Below are positions 19,987 through 30,109 of a stretch of 64,000 nucleotides of DNA, in pieces. A program made the translations under genes and the position numbers. The notes under the pieces are model-generated. The model saw only the letters and a program-made list of their open reading frames with translations. It was not told where the DNA came from and did no database searches. The stretch is taken from positions 960,001 to 1,024,000 of the forward strand of contig CAWHAE010000016.1 of assembly GCA_963827235.1 (NCBI GenBank). Reading direction: 5' to 3'. Source of the DNA: an uncultured bacterium (GTDB lineage Bacteria > Chloroflexota > UBA5177 > JANWHV01). Every line of letters starts with the position of its first letter. The first letter of the stretch is position 1.

Positions 19987-21219
19987 GTGGATTCGCGGAG
20001 CCGGGTGTTGGCGGCGATGAATCACCAGGAGCCCGATCGCGTTCCCGTCGATCTCGCTGGGCATCGTTCGTCCGGCATGACGGCAATCGCCTATGCTAGG
20101 CTGCGTGACTATCTGGGCTTGGAGAAGAAGCCCATTCGCATCTATCACATGCAACAGCAGCTGGCGATCGTCGACGAGGACGTGCTCGATCGTTTCGATG
20201 TGGATACCATCGAGCTGGGTCGGGGCTTTGCCCTGGAAGACGAGCATTGGGCAGATTGGACGCTGCCGGACGGCACGCCGTGCCAGCTCCCTGTGTGGAT
20301 CAAACCCGAGCGCGACCAGGATGGCTGGCTGCTGCGCTCGAAGTCCGGCAGGCCGTTCGGGAGGATGCCAAATGGCGGACTGTACTGTGACAGCACCTAC
20401 TTCCCATTCCGTGACGGGGTGGCCGATCACGACCGGCTCAAGGAAGCAATGTCGGAATGCATGTGGGGCGCCGTCGACAGCGTTCCGGGTCCGTTGGTCA
20501 GGGGCGCCGGTGGCGACGAGCGGTACGTCGCAGGTGCGCGCCGCCTGCGTGAGCGCACCGGCCGGGCCGTTTTGGGCATGTTCGGAAGCGTGCTCTTGGA
20601 CTGGGGACAATTCCTTTATGGGTACGACGGATTCCTTGTGATGCTGGCCGAGGATCCCAGTCGAGCGCACGATCTACTTGAACGACTGACCGAGCTGCAC
20701 CTGGGGAATCTGGAAAGCTACCTCGGTCTGGTAGGTCCATATATCGACGTGATCAATTTTGCCGACGAGCTAGGCATGCAGAACGGGCCGGTGATGTCGA
20801 AGCGCATGTATCGCGAGTTCTTCAAGCCGCGCCACGCCCGGCTTTGGAGGCGCGCCAAGGAACTCGCGGATGTCAAGGTCATGCTCCACACATGCGGAAG
20901 CGTGCGGCAGCTGCTGCCCGATCTGATAGATGCCGGATTGGATGCTATCCAACCTGTTCAGATCAGCGCTAGAGGTATGGATGCCGCGGAGCTGAAGCGA
21001 GAATTCGGCAAGGATATTACGTTCTGGGGCGGTGGTTGTGACACTCAGACGGTCCTGTGCGACGGCACACCGCAGGAGATTCGGGAGCATGTCAAGCGGC
21101 AGATAGAGATCATGCGGCCCGGAGGCGGGTTTGTATACCAACAAGTTCACAATGTTCAGCCCGACGTGTCACCGGAGAACGTCGTCGCTATGTTCGATGC
21201 CGTGAGCAGTTACCGGTAG
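19987..21219 (+). CDS. URO-D/MtaA-CmuA family protein 2
   Basis: RBS GAGGAGG then GTG; SRSRVLAAMNHQEPDRVP, ADELGMQ, LHTCGS, FWGGGCDTQ, GGFVYQQVHNVQ. Confidence 0.9.
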   Translation: MDSRSRVLAAMNHQEPDRVPVDLAGHRSSGMTAIAYARLRDYLGLEKKPIRIYHMQQQLAIVDEDVLDRFDVDTIELGRGFALEDEHWADWTLPDGTPCQLPVWIKPERDQDGWLLRSKSGRPFGRMPNGGLYCDSTYFPFRDGVADHDRLKEAMSECMWGAVDSVPGPLVRGAGGDERYVAGARRLRERTGRAVLGMFGSVLLDWGQFLYGYDGFLVMLAEDPSRAHDLLERLTELHLGNLESYLGLVGPYIDVINFADELGMQNGPVMSKRMYREFFKPRHARLWRRAKELADVKVMLHTCGSVRQLLPDLIDAGLDAIQPVQISARGMDAAELKREFGKDITFWGGGCDTQTVLCDGTPQEIREHVKRQIEIMRPGGGFVYQQVHNVQPDVSPENVVAMFDAVSSYR

Positions 21220-21355
21220 TGTGGGCAATCGCGGGGCTTCCCGACCTGCGCTCGAGCTTCAGCTGGTGATCGGCATAGAGTTCCCTCCGCGCAGCCCTGG
21301 CAGCTGACTGGCATTCTTCGAACGCAGTGCACGGGCATCGAGGGCCAGACCTCAG

Positions 21356-22594
21356 GTGAGCAAGGTTATGGATGTCACGAAACATGGGTGGCAGCCGCTC
21401 GCAATGAGGCTGGCGCGCGGGATCGCGCTGCTTGTTGCGCTCGTCGCCTTGGCACTGTTGGCCGCCTACTGGCCCTACCGTGGCAACCACAGCTCCGCAC
21501 CGGCGCCCGTGACTACCGTCGCCGGTCCCGCGGTTTCGCGCGTTTTGGCAGGCGGTGCTTTTGGGCCGGTGGTAGTAGACGGCGGCCGTATCTATGTTCT
21601 CAATGTGCAAGCGGATTACGAGCTGAGCGTGCTCGAGGGACAGCACGGAGCTCTGCTGCAGCAGTATGTCTCACGCGAGACTCCATACAGTCTTGGCGTG
21701 GATGGGACGCACGAACGGGTGTTTGTCGGTGACGCTGGAGGCATCCACGTCATCAGTCTGCCGGGCTGGAAGGTCCTCATGACGCTCGGCAGTCGACCCT
21801 GCTTCAACTCGCTGACAGTGTATGACCCGATACATCAGCGCCTGCTGGTCTGCACGTGGAGCGACCTCAAGAGAACGCATCTCGTCACAGCGACTATTGA
21901 TGTGCGAAGCGGCCGAACGGTGGCGACTATCCCCAACGCCTGGAACAGCAGTCCACATCAGGTGGAGGTCGCACCGCAGGCGAGCCGCTTCATCTACAGC
22001 ATCCTCGGCGACGATGTGACGGTCTTGATGCTGGTCGATACAGCCAGCGGCCGCGTGGTGAAGAAGCTCGAGCTTCCCGGCGCTAGCTTGAGCTTCGCCG
22101 TCGATCAGCAGGCGGGCATCCTCGCCGTGCCGGTGAGCGACGACAATACTCTGGACATCATCAGTCTCCGCGATGGCGCCGTCCTCAAGTCAGTGCCCGT
22201 GGGAACGGGCCCGCAGGCAGCCTCAATCGACGGCGCGCTGGGTCGCATCTACGTGGCAAATGCCGCCGACGGCACGCTGAGCATCCTAGATGAGCGGACC
22301 GGCGCCAGGCTTCGCACTGTTACCATTCCCGCGGGCGCCGACAACACCGCGGCCAGCTCGACCACCGGCCAGGTCTACGTGGCCGGCGGTGGCACGGACG
22401 ATTTTGGCAACCTTACACAGTACTCCACGATCACGGTAGTGAATGGCCGGACGGGCGCCATCGCGCGGGAATACACGGGAACCGAGGGCCAACCAACCCG
22501 GCTCCTCGTCGTGCCGCAGAGCGGCTCACTCGTGCTGGTCGACTCCTGGACGTACATCATTGGCCTGGTTGACACCAGCACGGCGGGTGGGTAG
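21356..22594 (+). CDS. Membrane-anchored/secreted YncE/YVTN-type beta-propeller protein
   Basis: Hydrophobic N-terminus; repeats such as VPVGTGPQAASID..RIYVANAADGTLSILD; start uncertain. Confidence 0.82.
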   Translation: MSKVMDVTKHGWQPLAMRLARGIALLVALVALALLAAYWPYRGNHSSAPAPVTTVAGPAVSRVLAGGAFGPVVVDGGRIYVLNVQADYELSVLEGQHGALLQQYVSRETPYSLGVDGTHERVFVGDAGGIHVISLPGWKVLMTLGSRPCFNSLTVYDPIHQRLLVCTWSDLKRTHLVTATIDVRSGRTVATIPNAWNSSPHQVEVAPQASRFIYSILGDDVTVLMLVDTASGRVVKKLELPGASLSFAVDQQAGILAVPVSDDNTLDIISLRDGAVLKSVPVGTGPQAASIDGALGRIYVANAADGTLSILDERTGARLRTVTIPAGADNTAASSTTGQVYVAGGGTDDFGNLTQYSTITVVNGRTGAIAREYTGTEGQPTRLLVVPQSGSLVLVDSWTYIIGLVDTSTAGG

Positions 22595-22875
22595 TCGCAT
22601 GGGCTGCAAGTCTACGTGCGTGTGCGAGCCGTTCATGGCCGTGACCGCCGATCGGGGAGCCTGCACCGGCAAACGGTCCTTCCGCCAGAGACAATGGCTC
22701 GGCTCCTGTGCTGGTGTGCTGCCAAGAGCGCCGGGTAAGTTGGTCTGGACATGCCTGCTGCGACGGTCCGCGGCGCGCGGTTGGAAGACACACGACCGCT
22801 TGGACGGCGTTTCCGCCGATGCACCTGCGCCAACCGTGGCGCGGGGATGATCTGGTTGCGAGGGAGGTAGATGAC

Positions 22876-24063
22876 ATGACGGTGCGGACCGAAGCCAGAG
22901 CACTATCCACCGTTGAGCGATCGCACTTTCAGCAGTTGTTTCAGGCAAGACTTCAATCGGTTAAGGCGAAGACCGCCGACGTGTTCGCCTTTAGGAAGAC
23001 AGACCATCCACCACTCATTGTGAACGGGGCATTCTATACTATTTTCGGAATGGATACAGACACCCTTCCTGATGACTATTTTGATGATCCTGGGCAAATG
23101 ACGGCCTTCCAAGAGCGCATGTACTACGACCAGGTGCGAGAAATCGCGGACGATTTCGTCCCGTACCTGATGCCGTGGTTTGGCACAGCCGTGGTGGCTT
23201 CGGCGTTCGGATGTCCTGTCAACTTCTATCCCAAACTGGATCCGGCGGCCGATCCGCATTTCTATCCAGTCGCGACACCACACGATGTCCGCAGCCTGCA
23301 GATTCCGGATCCCGAGAAGGACGGCCTGATGCCGCGAGTGCTGCGCTTCCAGCGCTATATGAAGGCGAACAGCTTCTTGCCGGTTGGGATCACCGATCTC
23401 CAGGGTCCTCTGACGACGGCCAACCAGCTCATGGGCTACGACAAGCTCATCTACCTGATGGCTGACTACCCGGCCGCGGCACATGAGCTGATGGAGAAGG
23501 TGACCGAGGCGCTCATCCGCTGGGTCAAGGCACAGAAGAACGTGATCGGCGAGTCCTTCACCGAGTGCATTGGCGAACAACAGTTCTTCACGGGACCACA
23601 CGCGGGCGTGTGGGCCGCCGACGATGATGCAGTGATCATGTCGCCTAAGTACTACCGCGAGTTCGTGGTGCCCTACAACGCCCGGTTCTTCCGCGAATTC
23701 GGTGGTGGTTGCCTGCACTTCTGCGGCGGCGCGACGCATCAGATTGAGAACATCCTCGCCACCGAGGGGGTGGTAGCAGTCAACAACTTCGCGCTCTACA
23801 ACAGCCGTGCCTCCCGGGAGCTTCAGGCGCGGCTACACGGACGCGTCGTGCTGTTCTCGTGTGACATGACTCCGCTGGACTACGAAGGCTACTTCTCCGA
23901 CCTGTGGGACGGAGTGGACCTCTCCGGAATCGTCATCAGCTCGTGGTACTCACCGGTGGTCGCACTTCTGCGGGGTGGGAAGTACGACGCGGTGCGTCGC
24001 GACCTCTCCTCGGGACGCCGCGCAGTGTTCGAGCACGTGAAGCGGCGATTCGGCAGAGCCTGA
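22876..24063 (+). CDS. URO-D-fold protein 3 (divergent)
   Basis: FGTAVVASAFGC, TDLQGPLTTA, ADDDAVIMSP..YREFVVPYN, LHFCG. Confidence 0.8.
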   Translation: MTVRTEARALSTVERSHFQQLFQARLQSVKAKTADVFAFRKTDHPPLIVNGAFYTIFGMDTDTLPDDYFDDPGQMTAFQERMYYDQVREIADDFVPYLMPWFGTAVVASAFGCPVNFYPKLDPAADPHFYPVATPHDVRSLQIPDPEKDGLMPRVLRFQRYMKANSFLPVGITDLQGPLTTANQLMGYDKLIYLMADYPAAAHELMEKVTEALIRWVKAQKNVIGESFTECIGEQQFFTGPHAGVWAADDDAVIMSPKYYREFVVPYNARFFREFGGGCLHFCGGATHQIENILATEGVVAVNNFALYNSRASRELQARLHGRVVLFSCDMTPLDYEGYFSDLWDGVDLSGIVISSWYSPVVALLRGGKYDAVRRDLSSGRRAVFEHVKRRFGRA

Positions 24064-24100
24064 GCGCCGCAAACCGCGGTGTTGGCCGTCGGGACGATCG

Positions 24101-24227
24101 CTTCCTCACTATCGGGAGAAACGGCAAACCTTTCCGCATAGGCAGGGGCGGTTCAACGCCGTAGTCTCAAGGTGTCCTGCTGCAATAAGGCTCGCGGCCG
24201 CAACACCGGCAGGCAAGGGCGTGCTCG
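24101..24227 (+). repeat. Duplicated 127-bp intergenic leader, copy 2
   Basis: Matches 19807-19933; followed by a -10-like TAGTAT at 24232. Confidence 0.85.
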
Positions 24228-24254
24228 AGTGTAGTATTGGGAGATTGTCCTGGG

Positions 24255-25130
24255 ATGCTTGTTCTGTCCTACTCTCGCACAAGCTCCGAAATGCTACACC
24301 TGGCAACCAGCGAAGATGGGTTTGTCTGGGTCGCACTCAACGGCAATAGACCGCTGCTTGCCGCCGGCATGGGCTCGACAACCCTGCGCGATCCCTGCAT
24401 CGTTCAAGTCGACGACGGCTCCTTCCATCTCTTTACGGCGGGGGGATGGCGTAGCAGCAGGCTCGTGCATAGCACATCTCCCGATCTGCTCCACTGGTCG
24501 AATCCTGAGTTGCTCGCCGTGATGGCCGACGTCCCGGGCGCCATGACCGCGTACGCGCCCGGCTGTTTCTTCGATCCAGTTGCCGATCTCTACCGCATCA
24601 CCTGGTCCTCGGCGGTGCAATCCGCGGATTCGGCCGGGGATTGGGAGTGGCGAATCTGGTCGACGACCACGCGCGATTTTCGGTATTACACGCCATCGAG
24701 GTTGTTCTTCGATCCCGGCTATGCCGTCGACGACGCCGCCGTGGGCAGTCATGACGGCGAATACCTCATGGTCTACAGGGACGAGCGTGGGCGCCATGAG
24801 CTGGGCGGCGAGCCGTCCAAGTCGGTTCACGTGTGCTCGCTCGAGCTCAACGGCCTGGGCGTTGCATTTGGTGCGCCACTGGATATTGTTATGACCTCGC
24901 TGGTTGCAAGTCCGTCGCTCTTCTGGCACGGCGGCCGCTGGATCTTGCTATTCGACCATGTAGTTCGTGGCCATGTCGGTGCGCTGGCCAGCGTGAACGG
25001 TGTCACGTGGGAGGTCATCACGGATGCATGCCGCTTTCCACCCGATCTGCGACACGGACGAGTGATAAGCGTCGACGGCCAGGTCGCCGAAGCGCTGCAT
25101 GACCTGGCCGGGAGCGGCGTGGAGAACTGA
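24255..25130 (+). CDS. GH43-like five-bladed beta-propeller glycoside hydrolase (degenerate)
   Basis: LHLATSEDG, LRDPCI, SPDLLHWS, TTRDF, FFDPG, RHG. Confidence 0.78.
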   Translation: MLVLSYSRTSSEMLHLATSEDGFVWVALNGNRPLLAAGMGSTTLRDPCIVQVDDGSFHLFTAGGWRSSRLVHSTSPDLLHWSNPELLAVMADVPGAMTAYAPGCFFDPVADLYRITWSSAVQSADSAGDWEWRIWSTTTRDFRYYTPSRLFFDPGYAVDDAAVGSHDGEYLMVYRDERGRHELGGEPSKSVHVCSLELNGLGVAFGAPLDIVMTSLVASPSLFWHGGRWILLFDHVVRGHVGALASVNGVTWEVITDACRFPPDLRHGRVISVDGQVAEALHDLAGSGVEN

Positions 25131-25158
25131 GCGAACTGGAAGAAAGGCAGGAACTACT

Positions 25159-25944
25159 ATGGCTGGGCGCACTCGGTCTGTGCTTGTCATGGGCGGCGGG
25201 ACCGGCATCGGAGCCGGGGTTGCGCGAGCGTTTCTTGCCGACGGTGCCGACGTGGCCCTGAGCTACCACAGCAGCGAGGCCGGTGCGCGCGCCATAGCAG
25301 AGAGCGCGAGCGCGGCCGGACGGCGCTGCATCTTCCGGCGGGTCGACAGCCGCAGCGTGCCGGCTATTGAGGCATTCGTCGATGAGTCGATTGAATCGCT
25401 CGGGCATGTCGACACCTTGGTCTACAACTCGGGCATCACCGATCCGCACCCGCTCTTCGCCATCACGGAGGAGCAATGGGATCAGACTCTCGACGTGAAT
25501 CTGAAGGGGATGTTCTTCTGTGCACGCCGTGTTGCCGCCTACCTAGCCAGGCAAGGCGAGGGCGGCAGCATCATCCTGATGAGCTCTGTCCACAGCAACC
25601 ACGCGTATCCCGGTCACATGCACTATTCCTCGAGCAAAGGAGCAATCAACAACCTCGCGCGATCGATGGCCCTTGAGCTCGGCCGTTATCGGGTTCGCGT
25701 GAATGCGATAGCGCCGGGAGCCACCTACGTCGAGCGACATAAGCTTGCAGGGCTCTACGAACCGGCAGAGCTTGGTAAGCAGATCCCGTTAGGCCGCGTC
25801 GGCACACCGGAGGACGTCGCCAATCTCGCGCTGTTCCTGGCATCTGACCGCGCTTCCTATATCACTGGGCAGGTGATCTTTGTTGATGGTGGGCTCACCT
25901 TGCCCCTCCAGTTGCGTGAGAACTCAACCGCCGGCATGGACTGA
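25159..25944 (+). CDS. SDR family oxidoreductase
   Basis: GGGTGIG, YSSSKG, RVNAIAPG, ITGQVIFVDGG. Confidence 0.93.
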   Translation: MAGRTRSVLVMGGGTGIGAGVARAFLADGADVALSYHSSEAGARAIAESASAAGRRCIFRRVDSRSVPAIEAFVDESIESLGHVDTLVYNSGITDPHPLFAITEEQWDQTLDVNLKGMFFCARRVAAYLARQGEGGSIILMSSVHSNHAYPGHMHYSSSKGAINNLARSMALELGRYRVRVNAIAPGATYVERHKLAGLYEPAELGKQIPLGRVGTPEDVANLALFLASDRASYITGQVIFVDGGLTLPLQLRENSTAGMD

Positions 25945-26187
25945 CTGTTGAGGGAAGACACTGTGTCCGTTCGAGTAGAACTCACAAACTTTTGTGCATT
26001 GTTCGGCCTTGAAGCGCATGCTAGTCTGCCCTTGAGTCAGCGGCATGAACGTGATCCGCACGCGAGAAACGGCATGGTCCACTGCAGAAATGACTTCGCA
26101 CGCAACCACAGACTTGCCGACCAAGGAGATACGCCTACAGGGCGGCGATCTTGGCGCTCAGTCATCTAGAGACAGCAGGAGTTGACC

Positions 26188-27339
26188 GTGATTTCAGGCA
26201 TATCTGGCAGACAGTCAAACCGCCGGCGACTTGGCCCTGCTCTCCTTGCGCTGCTCGCCGGCGGGGAAGCAGGCGTGATCATCGCGCTGGCGCTTCTGGT
26301 GATTGTCTTTTCGCTATTGAATGATGCCTTCGTTTCCTCGATGAACATCAGAGCGATGTTCATTGCCGTATCGTATATCGGCATCATCGGCGTGGGTCAG
26401 ACTATTCTCCTTGTCGATGGCGACTTCGATCTCTCTGTTGGGTCTGTCGCCGGTCTTTGCGCAGTCGTGTCGGCCTGGCTCATGACCAGCGGGCATTTGC
26501 CCGTGCCGCTCGGCCTGCTTGGCGGAATTGCCGTTGGAGCCGGTCTAGGATTTGTCAACGGCACGGTAGTCGTGCGGTTCGGCATTCCGGCATTTATCGC
26601 GACGCTGGGCATGCTCTTCGTGGCGGCCGGGTTGACACAGGTAGTCACGAACGGTTACCCGATTTACCCGATCCCTGATTCCGTTGGCAATTTCGGTGCC
26701 GCGCCGGCGCTGTTTGGGGTTGGCTGGTCCTTCATCATTCTGATTGTCCTGGTCATCGGCGGCGATCTACTGATGCGCAGGACAACCATCGGGCGCAACC
26801 TGTACGCAACAGGCGGCAACAAGGAAGTCGCCCAGCTGGTCGGCATCAACACGAACCGCTACAAGATGGTCTGTTTCATGCTGACCGGGTCGCTGTCCGC
26901 CGTGGCCGGCATGCTGGTCATGGCCAGCCTTGCCAGCGCCACTACCTCGATCGGCACAGGTTGGGAACTGAACTGTATTGCCGGCGTCGTCGTGGGTGGA
27001 GTCAGTCTGTTCGGCGGCGTGGGCACTGTGCTTGGCGGGATCCTGGGCATGCTGCTGCTGCAGGTCGTGCAGAGCGGGCTGGTCGTGGTAGGCGTCAGCG
27101 CGAACTGGCAGCAGGTCTCCGTCGGAGCCATCATGATCCTCGCCGTGGGCCTGGACGTCGGACGCCGCAAGCTGTCGGTCGGACAGGTTCATGGCGTGGA
27201 AGATACCGCGCTACTGCTCAGCGATGCGGAAGTTGCCGCGGAAAGGAGGACCATACACGGGCACGTGGGAGAGCTTGTTGCGGATATCCAGGTAGATAGC
27301 GGAGCCGATAGGACTGCAGTTACATCGCGAAAGGATTAG
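26188..27339 (+). CDS. Monosaccharide ABC permease (RbsC-like)
   Basis: FDLSVGS, IPAFIATLG, GRNLYATGGN..A, GWELNCIAGVVVGG. Confidence 0.94.
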   Translation: MISGISGRQSNRRRLGPALLALLAGGEAGVIIALALLVIVFSLLNDAFVSSMNIRAMFIAVSYIGIIGVGQTILLVDGDFDLSVGSVAGLCAVVSAWLMTSGHLPVPLGLLGGIAVGAGLGFVNGTVVVRFGIPAFIATLGMLFVAAGLTQVVTNGYPIYPIPDSVGNFGAAPALFGVGWSFIILIVLVIGGDLLMRRTTIGRNLYATGGNKEVAQLVGINTNRYKMVCFMLTGSLSAVAGMLVMASLASATTSIGTGWELNCIAGVVVGGVSLFGGVGTVLGGILGMLLLQVVQSGLVVVGVSANWQQVSVGAIMILAVGLDVGRRKLSVGQVHGVEDTALLLSDAEVAAERRTIHGHVGELVADIQVDSGADRTAVTSRKD

Positions 27340-27341
27340 TG

Positions 27342-28355
27342 ATGATTCATATCACGCTTCCTCGGTGGTCAGCGCGCGGCATTGGTGCCGCGATAATCTG
27401 CACCACGCTTATCGCGGCGGGCCAGGGCGGCCACGTAGCCGCGGCAACCCAAGGGCTTACGGTGGCACGGGCGGCGAGCTACAGTTTCCTCTGGTTCCAG
27501 CCGATGCGCAACCACCCTGTACACCGGCTCATGCAGGCTGGGTTCCTGAACGAGTGCAAGAAGCTGGGAGTGACTTGCGACATCGTCGGCAATCCGAGCG
27601 CTACCGTCTACGACGTGCCGGCCACCGTGGCTCTGGCCAACGCCGCGCTTGCGGGCAAGCACTATTCTTGCTTAGCCGTCTATGATGCAACGCCGGATAG
27701 CAATCCTTTCATCAAGAAGGAGGGCGCGGCTGGGATGCCGGTCGTGACCTGGCACGTGCTTCCCCCGCAGGGCTCGGTGCCGGGACTGATGGCCGCAGCA
27801 GGCGAGAACATTCCTCAGGTCGGTGTGGCCGCGGCCATGGCAATCGGCACGAAGCTCGGCGGCAAGGGGCTGGTCGCGATAACGCAGGGAAGCTTTAACA
27901 CGATCGAGAACGCGATGGCCGCGAGCTTCCGGGCCACGATGAAGTCAAAATTCCCCAATGTCAAAGTCCTGTCAACGCAGCTTGAGAACTTCGAGCCTTC
28001 CGCGGCCGTGGCCAAGGCCGTGAGCATCATCCAGGCGAACCCGGGATTGACCGCTGCCTTCTCCACGACCGGAAACGGGCCGCAGACGTGGTACGGCGCC
28101 GAGCGACAAACTGGCAAGCAGCTCGTCGTTATCGGCATGGACTACATTCGCCAGAACCTAGACCTGGTGAATAGCGGCAAGGTATTCGGCCTGGCTGCGC
28201 AGCCCCTCTATCCCGAAGGCGCGAAGGATGCAGACCTCTGCATGGCTTTGTCGCAGGGTAAGAAAGTACCGTACTACAACTATCTGCCGGCCTCGATCAT
28301 TTCCAAGGGTCAGCTCGCTCCTTACTATGAGTTCCTTAAGGAAGCCGGCGAATAG
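27342..28355 (+). CDS. Monosaccharide ABC substrate-binding protein
   Basis: Signal peptide; periplasmic-binding-protein type 1 features (IIQANPGL, VIGMD, AQPLYPEG); between permease and ATPase. Confidence 0.88.
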   Translation: MIHITLPRWSARGIGAAIICTTLIAAGQGGHVAAATQGLTVARAASYSFLWFQPMRNHPVHRLMQAGFLNECKKLGVTCDIVGNPSATVYDVPATVALANAALAGKHYSCLAVYDATPDSNPFIKKEGAAGMPVVTWHVLPPQGSVPGLMAAAGENIPQVGVAAAMAIGTKLGGKGLVAITQGSFNTIENAMAASFRATMKSKFPNVKVLSTQLENFEPSAAVAKAVSIIQANPGLTAAFSTTGNGPQTWYGAERQTGKQLVVIGMDYIRQNLDLVNSGKVFGLAAQPLYPEGAKDADLCMALSQGKKVPYYNYLPASIISKGQLAPYYEFLKEAGE

Positions 28356-28441
28356 TTTTCAACGGTTGACTTCGCAGCGGTGGGCCGGCGCCGGGTTCGC
28401 CGCTGCGAGGTCACGGCTGCTAGAGAATCGGGTGTACGCAA

Positions 28442-29977
28442 ATGCCCTATATCCTTGCCACGGAAGGGCTGAGCAAGAATTTCGCCGGGGTCCAGGCCTT
28501 GCGAAAGGTCGACTTCAACGTTCGGCCTGGGATGATCCATGCGCTCGTTGGGCAAAATGGCGCCGGCAAGTCGACGCTCGTGAAGGTGCTCAACGGCGTG
28601 CACCCGGCGGGTACGTATGACGGCGTCGTGCGCCTCAACGGTGAGGCAGTGCGCTTTTCGTCCCCAGCCGATGCCCGGGCTCTAGGCATCGCCTACGTGC
28701 CGCAGGAGCTTCAGGTACTGGATAATCTCAGCGTGGCCGAGAACATCTACGTGGGCCAGATGGGACTGGAACGCAAGCTTGCGGTGCATTACGGCGAGCT
28801 GCGCATGGGCGCGGGACGGGTCCTGAATCGACTGGGCGTGGCGCTCGACGTGCGCTTGCCCCTCTCCACCCTGAGCGCGGCCCAGAAGCAACTCGTCATG
28901 ATCGCCCGTGCATTGGCGACCGCACCCTCCGTGCTCATGCTTGACGAGCCAACCGCATCGCTATCGATCCACGAGACAGACCGTCTGTTTCTTATCCTGG
29001 AGCGCCTCCGGTCTGAAGGTGTAACGATGATATTGATCACGCATCGCATTCCGGAGGTCATGGCACTCAGCGATTGGGCCACCGTGCTCCGCGATGGTCA
29101 AGTGGTGGCAGATATCCCACGCGGTGAGTTTAGCGAGGACTCTATTGTCTCCGCCATGGTCGGGCGCCGCGTCAACGTGCTGTTCCCGGAGCACACGGCG
29201 GAAATCGGCACTGAGGAAGTACTTCGCGTCGAGCATCTGCGTGTGCCACGATCGGGCGGCCGAGCCGATATTATCTCAGACGCGAGCTTTACGGCCCGGC
29301 GTGGTGAGATCGTCGGCCTGGCGGGTCTTGTCGGCTCGGGCCGTACCGAGATACTGAGCGCCATCTACGGACGCATTCCGCATGAGGGCCGCATCGTCGT
29401 CGAAGGGCGGCCGGTCGCGATCCGGCGTCCAGCCGATGCCCTCCGCGCGGGCATCGCCATGTTGACGGAAGATCGCAAGAACTCAGGTCTTCTGTTCAAC
29501 CTTCCGCTTGGCCAGAACATCACCATGGCGAACCTGCGGCTGTTTGCGCACTTCGGCCTGATCGACAAAGGAGTGGAGAGCCGCGTTGCGCTGAAGAGCA
29601 TGACGGACCTGGACATAAAGGCACCATCGATCAGGTCTGACATCGCTCATCTCAGTGGCGGGAATCAGCAGAAGACCCTGCTGGCTCGCGTGCTGGTCAA
29701 GACGCCGACAGTCTTGCTACTGGACGAGCCTACCAAAGGCGTCGACGTCGGTACCAAGCGCGAGATCTATCGACTCGTAGTCGAGCTTGCCAACCAAGGC
29801 CTCACCCTTCTGGTCGTGTCATCGGAGCTTCAGGAGCTGGTCGGCATCTGCGACCGGTGCTTGGTGTTGAGCCACGGCATCATCGTCGACGAGTTCACGA
29901 AGGCTGAAGGCAGTGAGGAGCGGATTCTGCAGGCGACTGCGCGCACTCCGGCCAATGTGCCCGGCAGCGTCGCGTAG
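28442..29977 (+). CDS. Monosaccharide ABC ATP-binding protein (RbsA-like)
   Basis: GQNGAGKST, LDEPT, GLVGSGRTE, LSGGNQQK, LDEPTKGVDVG. Confidence 0.96.
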   Translation: MPYILATEGLSKNFAGVQALRKVDFNVRPGMIHALVGQNGAGKSTLVKVLNGVHPAGTYDGVVRLNGEAVRFSSPADARALGIAYVPQELQVLDNLSVAENIYVGQMGLERKLAVHYGELRMGAGRVLNRLGVALDVRLPLSTLSAAQKQLVMIARALATAPSVLMLDEPTASLSIHETDRLFLILERLRSEGVTMILITHRIPEVMALSDWATVLRDGQVVADIPRGEFSEDSIVSAMVGRRVNVLFPEHTAEIGTEEVLRVEHLRVPRSGGRADIISDASFTARRGEIVGLAGLVGSGRTEILSAIYGRIPHEGRIVVEGRPVAIRRPADALRAGIAMLTEDRKNSGLLFNLPLGQNITMANLRLFAHFGLIDKGVESRVALKSMTDLDIKAPSIRSDIAHLSGGNQQKTLLARVLVKTPTVLLLDEPTKGVDVGTKREIYRLVVELANQGLTLLVVSSELQELVGICDRCLVLSHGIIVDEFTKAEGSEERILQATARTPANVPGSVA

Positions 29978-30109
29978 CAGCTCTTCAGGGCTGGACTCAT
30001 GGGAAGCCATCTCTTCCGGCAAGCCGCCGCCGTCCCACGCGTCGCCCACACAGATGCTCTGGCATACGGTGAAGACGCAGAGCGCCGACGGCATCCCCCG
30101 GAGCCACGT

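Noticed and set aside
23936-24139. Minus-strand peptide MRKGLPFL(P/S)I(V/A)RK present in both repeat copies
   Set aside because: The two ORFs differ in length (20 vs 67 aa) and diverge outside the repeat, and one overlaps a real gene antisense.
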